64,000 nucleotides of DNA from assembly GCA_023515725.1 (NCBI GenBank), contig JALDTO010000206.1, positions 578,189 to 642,188 of the forward strand. Reading direction: 5' to 3'. The DNA comes from Amoeboaphelidium protococcarum X5 (taxonomy: Eukaryota > Fungi > Aphelidiomycota). How positions within the stretch are numbered: the first letter of the stretch is position 1; each line of letters opens with the position of its first letter. Below the pieces are notes generated by a model. That model searched no databases. It worked only from the letters and a program-made list of their open reading frames with translations, and was not told the origin of the DNA. The translations under genes and the position numbers were made by a program. This document shows positions 30,351-45,062 of this stretch, one piece after another.

Positions 30351-31848
30351 ATGGATAGTTCTTCGTAATAGAAACAAGTTGATCTCTTTATTGATTGTGA
30401 TCCTGGTATTGATGATACGCTGGCTTTATTGTTGGCTCTGCATACTCCTCACTGTAACGTTGTCGGTATTTCTACCACTCATGGCAATGCACCGCTAAAG
30501 GTATGATTTATCAGAGTTGAATTTCTTAGACTAGAGTTACAACAGTTGATGTTTATGTGTGTAGGCTGTGACTCAGAATCTAGAGGTTATATTTGACATT
30601 TTGGAAATTCATTAAGCTCATTTAAAAAAGCGGGATGTTGATGGAAAACGTTCCAATAATAATGATAATGATGATGATGATGTAGACGTTAGAATACCAT
30701 ATGAAATTTATTCAAAACAAAAGATTGTGGTGGCTGTTGGAGCTGATAAACCTTTGAAAGGATTAAATTAGTTTGCTCTTGATGTTCACGGATCTAATGG
30801 ATTGGGTAGATTGACTCAGGAAGGTATTGATGCGATTAAGCGCAAGTTTAGTTTGCAGATGGCAGCAAGTACTGGCTCAAGTATCAATCCACTGTATGTA
30901 AAGTCGGAGAGGGATGCTGCAGATGAACTTATTCACCAACTGGAAGTACGTCCAGCCAAGTCCATGTCGCTGGTCTGTCTAGGTCCATTGACTAATTTGG
31001 CTATTGCCTTGCAGAGGAAGCCAGATGTGATAAAGTCTCGCCTGAAAGGTGTCTATATCATGGGTGGTTGCGTGCAATAGCCTTATCCAGGTGGAAATAT
31101 TACGCCTTGTGCAGAATTTAACTTTTATTGTGACGCCTATGCCGCCGATATGGTTATGAGTGAAGCCACCAGTGCAAAGCCTTTTGAGTGTCCAGTTGTG
31201 GTAGTACCGCTTGATGCCACAGAGTATTGCAGACTGACTTACACTGTATTCTAGAATCATATTGTTCCGTTGGCTGAACACGCTGCATTACCGTCATTCT
31301 GCGCCGGGTTTATGGAGTACATTTTTGGAATAGTATACGATAAGCATTCAATCGTGGAAGACTCTACTTCGGATGAGCTGAGTTAGAGTGCTCTTGCTAT
31401 GCATGATCCTATGGCTGTGGCTATTGCATTAGATTCTATTTTCAATGCGGAGTTGATCATGGGTGATGGACACGGTGGTGGTGATACCATTGTCGAGAAG
31501 ATGAAATCAGTCGACTGGGCCAGAGTGGAATGCAGTGAATTGACCCAGAAAGATGGAGGTGGTGATGTCAAGTCTCTGACTAAAGGCATGTTCTTGACTG
31601 ATGGTCGGCGTTGGAGAAGACGGACTTCGAATGGTAAAGATAAAAAGTAGCTGGCGTAGAAAGTACTGAATGCTCATAAGGCGAAATAAGATTCCCCATA
31701 GAAGAGCGGAATCCAGCCTGAGCCAGGCAAAGTATCAATTATCATGGAAGTGGACTCTTCCAAGTTTTTTAATTCCTTCTTATGGAATGTTTTTGGTATT
31801 GTATGGGATGAACAGAAACATGCGTGGGTGAACAAACCAGAGAGCTGA
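30351..31848 (+). CDS. Inosine/uridine-preferring nucleoside hydrolase (intron 30501-30564)
   Basis: IDCDPGIDD, HGN, VHGSNGLG, LGPLTNLA, MGG, GNITPCAEFNFYCDAYAA, MHDPMAVA. Confidence 0.93.
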
Positions 31849-31939
31849 TATATAGAGACATGATGATGAAAGAAAACTCTGATGGGCAGAGAAGAGTATA
31901 TCATGATAAAGAACATTTTTGAATGAAGTGCTATTCAGC

Positions 31940-34273
31940 TCATTACTCTATTCCATTTTCCACTTCTGTAAGTTCGGCACTTTCCGCTATAATCTATTTG
32001 CTAATCTACTCTATTACAGAGTCTATTTCTTTAATTTGATTCTTCAGTTCTTCAATTTCCTCATCTGTGACGGTGGCAACCTCAAACCCGTCATTCGTGG
32101 CAGAATTGTCGTTATCAGATCCATCGGCATAATCCTGCAAGACTTTTAAATCATACGCAAACCAGAATTTGGGCAGTGAAGATAATGGTACATAATCATT
32201 AGGCAATTCTGAAGTCCGAGGCATATTGGACGGCATGACATCAGGATCCAATGAAGCGAATTAACTCAGTTACTCTTTCGTAAACTGCAATTGTCGCATC
32301 ATATACAAATTGATTAGCAGAGCCAATAGAAGTACCGCCATAAGCACTATAGTCTTCAAGCTTACTATTTCATCCGTAAATAACTACTAAGGCAGGCTCA
32401 CAATAAAGTCAACTACACTAGAGACAATGCTCTAAGATTAAAGAGGAATCACTTTTGTTTCCACTTAATCCAAGCTCTACTAAGCATTCGACGACGTAGG
32501 TGACTTAACATCTATCCCACTAAGCTTTTAGAATAATTGCGCTTCAAATTCTCGCCAGAAGGCTATATTTCCTTCATGAGCATTCTTCTCAATGAAGGAT
32601 TTTAACAAGTTTGGCTTCAACCATTCCACCTGATACGCGACCAATATTCTGGTCTCATTACTGGACACGGCCATAAGACATTAAGAAGACTTGACAATAA
32701 ATGCAGATCCACTAGAGAACGGAATATCCGGCGACTTGATAGACTCTCTGATGCAAATGTATTTGTCTTTCAACACTTTAACCACTTACTATGTGGCAAT
32801 ACATCGATTATTCCTGGTCATAACTGCATAATTAACAGGTACGTGATAAGTAATCGTCCGCTCCTAACTTGACCAATCTGCAATTTAAACATCTTAAAAC
32901 TAACGCGCATTCATAACTTATTTATAGAATTCCTTTGACTCATACGCAGCTTAGTAGGTCTAGTCCAGTGACGCTGGGAATATTCTGTCCATAATGATAA
33001 TTCTACAATGGTCAGTACAGTTACAAAACACAGCGGGCTGAGACTTCTTTTCATTAGCACTGATAGCACCTACAGACTCTTCCAATATTTAAGCAGAACT
33101 TCCTGAAGATGTTGACAATTTTCTATCCGCGGGCTTTAAAAATTTGACATCATCTTTACGCCGCCTCAAACTCAGTGGCTGACTTATCATCTCTGGTGAT
33201 GTTATGCCGCGAACAATGTTCTTCAGAGGAAGAGTAAGATTTCTCTTAGGCGGAGATTTTGAAGGCGATGATGTTCCGCTCTCGTATCCATCTCGGTCAT
33301 AACCATCCGATACAAATCCTCCACCAGATGGTTTCCTCGAAGTCGGAATGGCAATACTTTCAGATTGAAGTGGCTAACTTTACTCAGTCATTGATTATGA
33401 CATCTCCTACTTGACAATCACCACATCATCAGAAAATAAGTCCTCAACTCCTTATTACTTCTACTGCTTATCTTCGGGCGACATTTGCGAGACTGCATTA
33501 GTGGAAGCATTAGAAAGTTTGCGCCCACTAGCAGCCGCGGAGAGGGAATCATCAAAAGAGAATGAGGACCATGGCAGACCTTCGACATCATCTCCCAAAG
33601 CACTTCGCCACAATTTCATAATAAGTTGGAATACATGCTCTCTATACAGAAATGAGGCAAACGCAAATCGACTATGCAATGTGGTAATTCCGATAGCATT
33701 AGGAATAACCAATGCAGTCACCTTCCTTTCCACCGTAAGAATATCAGCGTATGAAATGACCAGATTCGTCACAAAGCCGAATATGTTGGAGTTGAATGCC
33801 AGATGATTCTTGGTTAGATACAAGCGGCCATGAATGAGAATTTCACGCTGAAGAGCACAAGAGTAATCTTCAATTAGAGGATCCTCCGCCGGTATGGATC
33901 GGAATAGGGCATGCAGCTCAGCATTTCTCTTCTCACTAGCATATTCTACTCTCTGCTAACCAAGGTGAGGCATAGACTGTCCCTGCGAGAGACCATTGTA
34001 CATGCTGGAAGTGTCAGATACAGCAGATGACTACTTTTAAAACTATGGTACAAGATCACCGCTCACTGCAAGCTACCGACTCTGAGAAGTCATATTTCTT
34101 AATTCAGCCCTACCGCCACCAGCAAACGTATTTCTAGTGGCAGAATTCCTTACAAATTCATGATTACTATTGTCATTGTCATCTCCAGCCAGTGCTTAAT
34201 CAGCGTTTAAACCATATACGGACGTGGACAATCCTTCAAATGACGCAGCTCTTGGTCTAGTAAGCTAAGACAT
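31940..34273 (-). CDS. GRAM + VASt (StARkin) sterol-transfer protein, LAM/Aster family, 777 aa
   Basis: LIEDYSCALQREILIHGRLYLTKNHLAFNSNIFGF (GRAM), SPDIPFSSGSAFIV (VASt), C-terminal TM and coiled coil. Confidence 0.88.
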
Positions 34274-35025
34274 CGTAAATCAGCAATATGGATGTTATAT
34301 ATATATACAACTGTCTATTAAACTTATTTAATTCTGGAAATTAGAGCCAAATCTTGAGATAACACTGAGAAATATATAGTAGAGTGAACACAATTGACGG
34401 AACGGAAGCGAGAGACAAACGATCGCCCAAGAAGATTTTCGAGAAACCATGTGCTCTTTTGACTGATTACGAGTGTTATAAGGAAGTTGAGTTGACTTAT
34501 ATGTAAATTACACTCAGTTTTGCACCTCAATCTGTCAGCCTCAGTTAATTCAATGTAGATTCTTTCTCGAAATTTTCAAATGAAAGTCTTATATTCTTAT
34601 TTAAGTACTCTGGGTTTAAAGTGCAGAAATAGACGCATACATACAGTGAGAGATTTAATATCAACGTTTATCGCGATTTCTTAGTTTAACCATCTCATAA
34701 CAGAAGAGGAAGCTTTTACACCCCTTGAATAGATTTAAAAGAGTAATACGCGCATATTTCAAGACTGAAGTCTATTGATCGAAATTCCTCAAAATATCGT
34801 GCAAGCCAGTAAAGAGGAAGCAGATTGACAGTTAACATTATGAATGAACAGAGGTTTCAGCTGTTGTTTCAGCATTTCAGACGACGCGTCAACATTTTTG
34901 TTTCAGTTCATTGTTAATATCAACGCCCTTCCATTGTCTTTAGTGAAACGCTGACAGTATAATTAATTCCACTTGACCATTTATAACATCATCATCATCA
35001 TCACATTGATAATATCTTGCAACGT

Positions 35026-36750
35026 ATGACTGCGTTAACAGCTCAGAATAATCTACCTAAACTTCCGCTGAGACAATCTGATAAGGCTTCTGATGTCGAA
35101 ATTCTTTACCAGAAGTTGAAGAGTCATGGCTCAAAGATACCGTCTAGTGTTACGAATTGGAAAATGAGCTACTGGCGTGATGGATTGCGCACTGTTAATT
35201 GTCAAGCTGATAACAATGCTTTGGTACATGTATCAAGTGCAGTTATTCCGGATAGTTCCAAGGCCACCACTTGTATGGCTGCATGCTCTGAAACTAACAA
35301 ATTGGTCGTTGGATCTCTCGCTTCCTCGGCGGGAAAGAATTTGTACGTGCTAGAGTATGAAGATGGTGGTGATAACGTGAATACATCGTCTAATAGTGGG
35401 CCTTTCAAGATTGTGGGCGCATATCAGAATGGTGCATCCGTTCGCTCCGTTGATCTGAACAAGAATATGATACTTTCAGGTTGTTAGAAGAACTATGCGC
35501 AGTTGTGTCGATACGGTGAAGGTGCTGCAGTTTCTGCAGTGCAAAAGTACGTCCATCCTCAGGAGAAGTTTTAACCATCCAATGAAGAAGTTGACAGTCT
35601 TTACTCGAATTCCGTATAAGCTGTCAAATGGTATCCTGGTAGTTAGGAATGCTTTTCAGCCTGTGAAAATAATAATATCAGAGTATGGGATGTCAGTAGA
35701 GACTCTGCACCTGTATACAGCGTCAAGACATCTGAGGGTACCATACTCTGTTCTAGTTGGGACACTGCTGGGAATGGTGTTCTTGCAGTTGGATCTTCTT
35801 GCGGTAGTGTTAATGTTGTTGATACGCGTTGTTTTGGGTTTAAAGCTGTGTCCTAGTTGATTGCTCCCTCGTATACTCCGACTCCGTGGTTTAATTATAG
35901 AGCTCATTAGAAAGGTAAAGTTTTATCTGTGGATTGGAATCCGCATGTATCTTTTTGGATTGCATCGGCTGATAGCTCTGGTACAACTAAACTGTGGGAT
36001 CTTCGTTATGTGCCCAGTTATGGTCCTTATTCCGTGACATGTTCAGAGAGTGCTGTTAATAGCGTCTCTTGGAGTAAGTAGCATAGTGAAATTGTAAGTA
36101 CTGCAGACTCTGATGGAAATTGGACTTTGATGAATGTCAAATCGAATTTGATATAATAAGTGATTACAGGTTCTACCGAAGTTGACTATGTGCTTGGTGC
36201 ACAGGTGATCTGTTAGAAATAAGATGAATCCCATGAAATACGCTGGCCCCTCAAGTAAGTGGTGCAGTTGAACACCAGTAAAGGACATGGTTAGAGCTGG
36301 GCCACATTATCTAGTGTTGGGGACGTAAATCGTTACCATGTAGACGCTAAGCTTATCAACGGTCTAGCTTTGTCCAAGTATGCGATGTTGGATGATGATA
36401 ACTAAAGTATGAGTGGCGCCAGTAGAAAAACTGATGCATTAGAGCCCTTAAATCATACTACGAATGCCAAGTCCAAAGATAAATCTTAATAATTCATCGA
36501 CGTGCTCGAGAATGGACTTGGCAAGAGACCGTGGAAGTTTGAGACGGATTAATTATACTCGAGCTTATAACACAAGGAAGACACTTTGAGAGCAGTGTAG
36601 ACTGAAGTTAATCTCTTCTCCTCAACTGTGGATCCGTTCGATATAGCTGAAGGGAAGCTGTTCATTGCCAAGAATCTGACTCAGGAAAGTATCAAGTCTT
36701 ACGAAGACGTCGACTTTTTTTACGATGTAGATCGATCGCTTATTATGTGA
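35026..36750 (+). CDS. WD40-repeat protein, 574 aa
   Basis: Repeated WD units (NNIRVWDV, ILCSSWD, AHQKGKVLSVDWNPH..WIASADSSGTTKLWDLR, AVNSVSWS). Confidence 0.8.
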
Positions 36751-36876
36751 GACATTATGGATGGCTAACTGTGAAGATATGCATTAATGATAGCTGAATG
36801 AATTTTGATGTATTTCAGTAAAGGCAAATTTTATTTATCATCATAAACATCATTGTATCAGCGATACTCTTGTTCA

Positions 36877-39729
36877 TCATTATTACACCGTCTTTAAAAA
36901 TACATCCTCCAGAGAAGTCTACTGCAGACCAAACGAAACTATTTGTCTATTTTCTGAATTCACTTGGCTCTCCAGTGCTTGAATTAGCGGTTTAGCCTCA
37001 GCGACAGAACTAACTTCATAAACAAGTCTTGCAGTGGAAGACTGTGCGTTCTACTTATCGCCGCCAATATACTCCTCTTCAATCAACTTTGCAACAGCAG
37101 ATATGTCCGTGATCATTTTCTTCACAGAATCCACATCTGCGCCTTTACCAACAATCATTGACACGCGATAGCCATTACCATACTTATTCTTCAGACGGAT
37201 AGACTTACCAATGGCCTTCAGACGACCTCTGGTCATAATAGCGATTTTATCACAAAGCGTATCGGCTTCTTCCATGGAGTGAGTAGTCAGCACAACAACA
37301 CGATCCTTCTTGAACTCCTCAAGGAAAGTCCAAACGTATCTCTTATTCTGAGGATCCATACCAGTTGTAGGCTCGTCCAAAAACACACATTTCGGATCAC
37401 CGAGAGTGGCCAAAATCACAGACAAACGACGTTTCTAACCACCTGAATATGTCCCTGCACGTTACTGCTTCATCGTCCATAATCTCACCTGCTTCAAGCG
37501 AGACTCTAACACCTTGTCAATCTCACCCTTCTCCAATCCCTTGATTCCAGCAAACAGTTCAACGTGCTCTAATGCGGTCAGATCAGGGAATAGCAAGTCA
37601 AACTAAGGGCAGACTCCAAGATTACGCTTAATCTAGTTCATCTCAGTCTGAGTATTCATTCCAAAGATATTCGCAAAACCACAGGTGGCAGGCGATACAC
37701 CGTACAGAATCTTCATTGTAGAAGTCTTACCACTACCGTTACTGCCAAGCAATCCCAACATTTGACCCTTCTCCACAACAAGACTAAGTTCATGCACAGC
37801 AGTCTTGTCATTAGCATTTCCTTCAGCAGACCGGCTAACCAGCTAAGACTCTGGCTTTCCAGCAACGCGGTAAAACCAGGCTTTCATTGACTTGATGCCA
37901 CTGAAATAAGTCTTATTTAATCCAACCATTCTTAAACCAGCTTGATCAGGAACTTGAGGATTATAATCAAACGCCTCCTTCCTCTCATTGGTCACATCAA
38001 GATCCTCATCTGATAAAGGACGACTAAGAGTAGGAAGGTCATCTTTCTGCGGCATAGTAAATGGCCTAATAGTCTTGAATCCATAGTAGGAAGGAAACAA
38101 GAAAAACAACGGATGTTCCGCGTAACCATTCTCATTCGGCACCACCTTATCAAAGTACATTGCCAACAACATCCAAAGCACAGTGTTCATTATCAACAAG
38201 CCCAGACTCTGATTCGGTACTGGTACCAATGGATTCTAAGAAGGTGCACTGAATGGATCAGATGCAACAAACGGGATCTGATATAGATCATTCCACTTGA
38301 ATCCGGGACCAGCAACAAAATTACACGACGATGCAGTAGAATTCTAAACAAACTTTGTTCTTGCCAGAATGTCCTGGCACATCTTACCAAAGTTGAAGAA
38401 CGGGAACCACATGAAAACTTTCCATCCGATAGCCAACTGGGAAGGATCATCTTCAGCAACGTACCAGACATACGTACTCAGAGTTCCGGTGGCAATGAAC
38501 ATCAGGCCAATGATGATGAAGAAGAAACCAAAGCCAATGCCCAACTTCACAGAAGGACAAACACTTGAAATAAACAGAGCAAACGCGACAGAAGCAGTGC
38601 CAAATAAAAGGAATAACAGCAACAATACTCCAAAATCGGTATTGGCAAAGAACGTGAACTGGAAAGCATACCCAAATATCAGCATGAAAAACGTGTTCAA
38701 AACGACAATAGGCATCATGGCAAGAAATTGAGCAATCCAATACCCGTAACTGGACAGACCAACCACTTACATCGCCGATTTCAAATTATTCTCCTTTTCA
38801 CCGACAGCCGTACTAATGATTAGAAATGTAATAACGGCCATAGGAAGGAAAAACAATACCGGACCTAGTTAAGTAACAGCAGCATCAGGTGCAGGAGGAC
38901 AATTTTGACTAGCAGAACGGCCAATGTCAGGATAGCCTTATAAGCTATAGTCCAAATGCTTCTCAGTGTCACCATTCAACTGGGCAATGATGGCTTCATC
39001 CACAGCTCTAACCATAGACACAATTTTTTCATTTAGCGGTTCAGTGGCACTCACGATCTCAGGAGGTGCACCAGGGACCCGATACTTGGTGGCGGTATCG
39101 GTAAAGTTATACCAAAGCTGATACTAAATGACATTCTTCCCCTGTGCATTGACAGTTCTACCAAAGTTGATTCCAAAAGAGGTGGAATTAGGAAACTTTT
39201 CCACAAAACTGTAGATAAACTGCTCATTCGGCACTGCAACGACACCTAAACGGCCTGTAGGCTAACCGTCCAAAGTGGGAGTCCACGACGAGTCAACACC
39301 AAACTTCAATCTACCACTAGAGCCATGGCGGATATCATTGAGTTGAACAAACTTCTGCATAATTTCATCAAACTGCGCATCACTAGATGGAGCATACATT
39401 ACAGTGATACAGGGATTGCTGGTTTTGAACGCAGGCTAGCATACAGGCACTGGCTCCAGAACTTGAGCAGCAGGGGTTTAAAACAGATTAGCAGAGGAAT
39501 TACCAAGTGCCACCTGTAGAAAGTACAGCAAGAGCATCACAATAAAGGGAGCCAGGAAGATTTAAATAAATGTTGTTATACGATATCTAGTCTGTAAGAT
39601 GAACGACTTCTTACACAGGTAGAATATCTATCTGAAAAATAACGGCAGACCAGATATTTGTTACTGCTAAAACGCAGCTACAGCTTTATTAGCACCTTCA
39701 TTACTACTATCACCGGTAACTGTGTTCAT
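36877..39729 (-). CDS. Half-size ABCA-family transporter (copy 1), 950 aa
   Basis: TM1 + large ectodomain + TMs. GEKENNLKSAMQVVGL, Walker [47 protein letters not shown]. Confidence 0.93.
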
Positions 39730-40542
39730 TGGATGTACTTTCATTCACCAATTAGTCAGTATATTATGGTTGATGATAATAATAATAATATTAACAGGAA
39801 GTAAAGAAGGAGAGATAGAGAGAGACAGAGAGGGACATGACAAATCTGAAACAAACAAAGGCCGCTTTCTAATCCACCAATAAAGGCGAGACTGAAATGC
39901 GGATGATTTGTCATACACGCGGTTAAATAAGATGTATGCTCACTCCATAAGCCATAGATGGATGCCTCATATGATAATAATTTACTCTGGTACAATTGTG
40001 GTAAATCCTTCTGTGTATGGGAAGTTCATGAAGGTACTCTATTTGATATACGCAATCATAGATTGTGCATAAAACGATGCATAATGCTCATGTAGTATGA
40101 TGATTTGTGAGTAAAAACTCTTTCTCTCATAGCTCATTATATATACATTTCATTTATGAGAGATTCTTTTCAGTATATGTGCGTCTTTATATTCTACAGT
40201 CTATCTATTGTTTGTGATGGCATTCGGATCGATGTGGATTTCCACCTGGTCGGCTAGCGAGCGAGCTAAGCGTTACCAACCTCTTACATCATCATCACTG
40301 TTGAAATTCGCCATCTCGCCCACACCCGTTTCACAGATTCAAACAATCGAGTACTGACTAAATCAAACAAACCACATGAAAGTCCAGACTTCGCCCCTTC
40401 CCTTCATCAGTATATATCCCTCTCCCTGCCTCTTCTGTTCTCTCACACCTCTCGCGGTAATTTGAAACAAACACACTGGCATTTCATCATTCTTGTTCTG
40501 AAACAATTCCTTTGATTGAAAAAGCTCAGTGTCATACGAATA

Positions 40543-43500
40543 ATGTCTTCAGAGAGTGTTGGTGGTATCAGAAAGGATCCTGATCTGGTTGATAACAGAA
40601 TTCAGTTGACTGACCTGAAGTAGACTGTCAACATTGGGGACAATAATAATAATGTGCAACAATCCTCATAGTACTAGTCACCTGGGTAGCCACTTGGTGA
40701 GTAGAAATCCTATTAGATTCGTGCGCTGTTTAGAAAGACTTTATCTTATCAGAAGAGATAGACCTTTGTGAATGTGTGCTGTGTCTGTATCTGTCCCTTT
40801 ATGATGGTGATGATCTGTGGTGTCTTGGTTATTGTCTTCAAGAATTTAGCCTCTTCTCGTGCTGGCGGTTCTATTGTGGCCAGTGTTAGATACTGTTCCA
40901 ACAATGCTCCGTTTGATGCTAACACCAGTCTTCCTTTGCAATATACTGCGCTGTAAGGACTTTTGTCGCAGGAGAGTTTGAAAGGTCAAACGCTGGATGT
41001 TGGCTACTTGTAGATCAAAAGAGGGAGCTAGTTTGCCTTCTCCACCTATCCATGTATCTTCTCATTTGACAATGACTATTAAAGCTCACCGCCATACTCC
41101 TCTGCTGAGAGAAGTAGAGATACTACTTTCTATCCCGCTCCTAAGGATGGTTGGTTCAATATCAAGTACAATGCTTAGCCTGGGAATTCTAGCCAACCTG
41201 TGTTGTCTATTCCAACGTCCACAACTACCAATCGTACTGTTCCTTTGTTTGGAGCTAATCTGCTCAACTTTTAATACTATCCTTGGAACTTCATCTTCTC
41301 TTCTGATGTTGACGTTGGTTAAAAGCTGCAAAGTTAGACTATTAACAATATAACTTTGCTACCTGCGAACAATACAGAAGGTAATAAGACTGGGTTTCTT
41401 GGAGGTGTTGAAACTTTCTACTATGTGCGAAATGGGTCATTTGTTCCAACTGATTACTTTGTCCCTGCAGGTTCCGTCGAGAGTAAGAACGAATTCATGC
41501 TTGAGTATTTAAGATCGTCGACTGGGCTTTATGAATAGGCCTATGGAGCAAGTGTTGTTGGTCGATCTGGGTCTAGTGCTTAGACTCCTAATACCACTGC
41601 AGCTTTGTTGTAGCTTTCCACTAATCTCCGAAACGCTTATCCTGCACTTGGATCGATTGTTGTTGAGGAGCTTAATTCTGAAAGATCATTCATTAAGTCT
41701 GTTCTACAATCTGGTTATGTTAGAAGATTAAGTACAGCCACCACTTTTGTTCCTTAAGCTGAAAGAATTCAACCACCCAAGGCTTTGCGTAACGTTTATC
41801 AGGCTGCGAAGATGACTGACGCTTTGATGTAGGCCTCCACTTCTGACTCGATTAGAAACTCTAAAATATCGAGAAGTTTGCGCGGTATGCCCTAGTCTAT
41901 TCTTTACGATATAACTGCCTTGCCATTGGACATCAGTACAGCTATTGGTTAGTAAACTTTCCCATATGCCCTCAGCTTCTTGGTGCCAACTTTTGTTCTC
42001 ATCTTGGTGAAGGAGAAAGAAGATCGTATTCTTATCATGATGAGAATGCATGGTTTGAGTAGTTTATAGTATTACCTGACTCATTATCTGCATTTTATGA
42101 CTCTACAAATTGGCACATCTATCGTGTTTATCATTAGTGGGTTCATTTTCTAGCTGAGTCTCTTCACTTAGAATGAGATTGGTGTTTTGATAGTATTGCT
42201 TTTAGTCTGGGCTAATACAATGGTGCTGTTGTCATTCCTGTTGTCTCTGTTATTCAATAAATCTCGTCCTGCATTACAAGTTTCTGTTGCAATTGTTGCC
42301 GTCAGCGCGATCATCAGTGGGTTCTCTACGATTCTGTTCAATTATGGCGATCCTCCAAACGCATTTTACACTTGGCCCTTCTTTGGTTTCTTCTAAGCGT
42401 TGACCTTTTTGGGATAGGCTGCTACGAGTCCGTTTAGACAGCCCTACAAAATGTCTGATCTCACCGGCAATGATCCAATATTGACTATTATTGGTATCCT
42501 CATCGCTCAGGCCTTTGCTATTGTTGCACTGACTGCATATCTGAATGCGATCTTGCCTAGTGAGTTTGGTGTTGCCAAAAAGTGGTACTTCATTTTTACT
42601 GAGCCGTACAAGTACATTCAAGACTATTTGAAGAATAAGAATGCGTAGAAGAACGTTGATGAAGAGTCTACACCAATGAATGCGAGGAGTGACTAGTTTG
42701 TGCTGCCAGAGAAGGATCAGAAGCTATTGTCTGAGACTGAGGATCAGGCCGCAAAGGCTGAAAGATAGAAGGTGCTGTCTCTACCTATGAATGCAGCCAC
42801 ATACGCACAGTATCCTCTGATTGTTAAAGAGATCCGCAAGTAATACGGAACGGGTAAGGTTGCCAATGTGTCCATGTGTTTGGCTGTGGAGAAAGGAATT
42901 GTGTTTGGTCTGCTTGGCTCTAACGGCTGTGGTAAATCTACACTGATTCATCAGCTCATTGGTCTGTATACTCCAACGTCTGGTACTGCGTATGTTTGTG
43001 GATTTGATATTCTGTCTTAAATAAGCAAAGTTTATCTGAATGTTGGTATTTGTCCACAGCATGACATTTTGTGGCCCGATTTGACCTGTTTGGAGCACAT
43101 TCTGTTCTATGCTAGATTGCGTGGTATTGATCCGAGTATTGAGCTGGAGCGCGCAGAATAGGCCTTGGCAGATGTCGAGCTAACTGAATTCCGTGACAAG
43201 TTTGTCAAGACTTTATCAGGTGGTTAGAAGAGACGTGTAAGTTTGGCTATTGCTTTGTTAGATAATGGCTCAGACACTGGAAATGTTTGTTTCTTGGATG
43301 AACCCACTACTGGTCTGGATCCTGAGATTAAGGCGCAATGTGTTGATATCATTTAGAAGGCCAAGAAGAACAAGACTATCATTCTGACAACCCACAATCT
43401 AGATGAGGTTGAGGTGTTGTCCACGCGTATCGGTATAATGTCCAAGGGAATGTTGAAAACTATCGGCACCCCTCTTCAGTTGAAGAGTATGTACGGCAAA

Positions 43501-43857
43501 GGTTACAGAATGATCGTGTCCTTCTACAAAGAACAAGACAGAGCTTCCATTCAAAGTGAAGTTGTTCTGCCTAAAGATGAGGCAAAGAAGACCATTGAGA
43601 GCTTTTTGCCGCCAGATTTCAGAGTTGTAGATCAAGGTGGTGTGCAGACATCTATCATTTATGAGTTTGGGCAGCAGAGTGGCGGGAATATTATTTCCAA
43701 AGTTATTGAAGAGATGGATTCCCGTAAGCTGTCCTTGGGTGTTGAAGATTGGGGAATAAGTCAAACCAGTTTGGAGGATGTGTTTTTAAATCTGGCCAAG
43801 GATGAAGATATTGACAATGCCAAGCCAGTAGCCGACAAGAAGTGGTACCGCATTTGA
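40543..43857 (+). CDS. Half-size ABCA-family transporter (copy 2), 1104 aa
   Basis: [17 protein letters not shown], Walker [53 protein letters not shown]. Confidence 0.93.
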
Positions 43858-44167
43858 AGTCTTTTGATAAAATGATGATAAGTAAGTGTATGATGAACGA
43901 AATAAAACTAAGTTGTGAAAACGCGTGCATTTTTTTACTTGATAATTTCTATTAGTGAAGTACATTGCGATACATCACTGGTGAAATTTATAAAATTCCT
44001 CCCTTTGACTTGTTTGTCTCGCTTTGCCTATATTTACGAACAGTTCTGCCTGTGCGAAACATTTGGTCTGTTTCATCCTTCATCAATGACAAAAGGTGAA
44101 ACAAGCTCTAACAATGGATTCGGAGCCGTACTATATGGATTTGTAATCTGATGCATATCTTGTCTAG

Positions 44168-44977
44168 ATGATGGATGATAGTGTGTAAAATCTGTCGTCT
44201 TTTGCTGACGATAATTAGGAATATGAATAGTCTAATCAGCCTACTGCACCGAAATCCGATGTAGTCCAGCATTAATCAACTGTCCAGTCTAATGACACAT
44301 ATTCAAACGAGTCTGAGAAAATAAAATCTTCAACAGTGGTAGAGTAGAAGAAAGATGACTAAATGAAATCCAGTAGAACCGTTGATATTAAGCAGGCCAC
44401 AGACGATGTATCAGATGCTGAGGTTGTCACGCTGTCCTCTCCTCTGCAGGATACTTTGAGAGAGTTGCAATCCGCTCGCTAGCGATAAAAGATGCTGTAG
44501 TCAGAAACTACAAAAGAATCTGGTAAGATTAATAGGGTCGGTATCAACTCATAGACTGATCCAATTAAACAACAACCACCATTATTGAAAAGTGATTACA
44601 AGCTGGATTCCCCTGTAAACTAAAGATAAGGCGTTGAGTAAGGCTACAAAGAGGAACATCAGCCCAAGCCTTAAAAGTCAACAGCAAAAGATGATGAAAC
44701 TGGAATCAAAAAATTATTCCGAAAATTGACTATCGCGGTTCGTGGTGGTAAATAGAGGCATGGCGCTTCTGATGAACCCACAAGCGGTAACTTACAACGA
44801 CAAGGAAGTGTATTCGGACGTGTAGATGCAATTATCAGGCGCAGCAGAAACTAATCCGCGAAGAAGTAAAGTGGTTTAAAGTCCGGATTAGCCATCGAAG
44901 AAGATCCTTAAGAGAGAATAAAGAAACTTGAGCACATGATCAGTGATGCAAACCAGGGAAGCTAGCGACTGATTTGA
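44168..44977 (+). CDS. Hypothetical disordered protein, 269 aa (possible extra 5' exon 44086-44127)
   Basis: TGA-free table-6 ORF rich in Q/S/D/K. A 40-nt GT-AG intron at 44128-44167 would join an upstream ATG at 44086 in frame. Confidence 0.55.
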
Positions 44978-45062
44978 TTATTGGTTGTTGCCAATGTAGT
45001 GAAATTTGATGAAGAACAGGAATAATTTTAATACCAGAAAAACATTTATTACTATTTGGTTT

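Noticed and set aside
34553-34768. ~70-codon table-6 ORF between the GRAM-VASt and WD40 genes
   Set aside because: This length is expected by chance with a single stop codon, and there is no homology cue.
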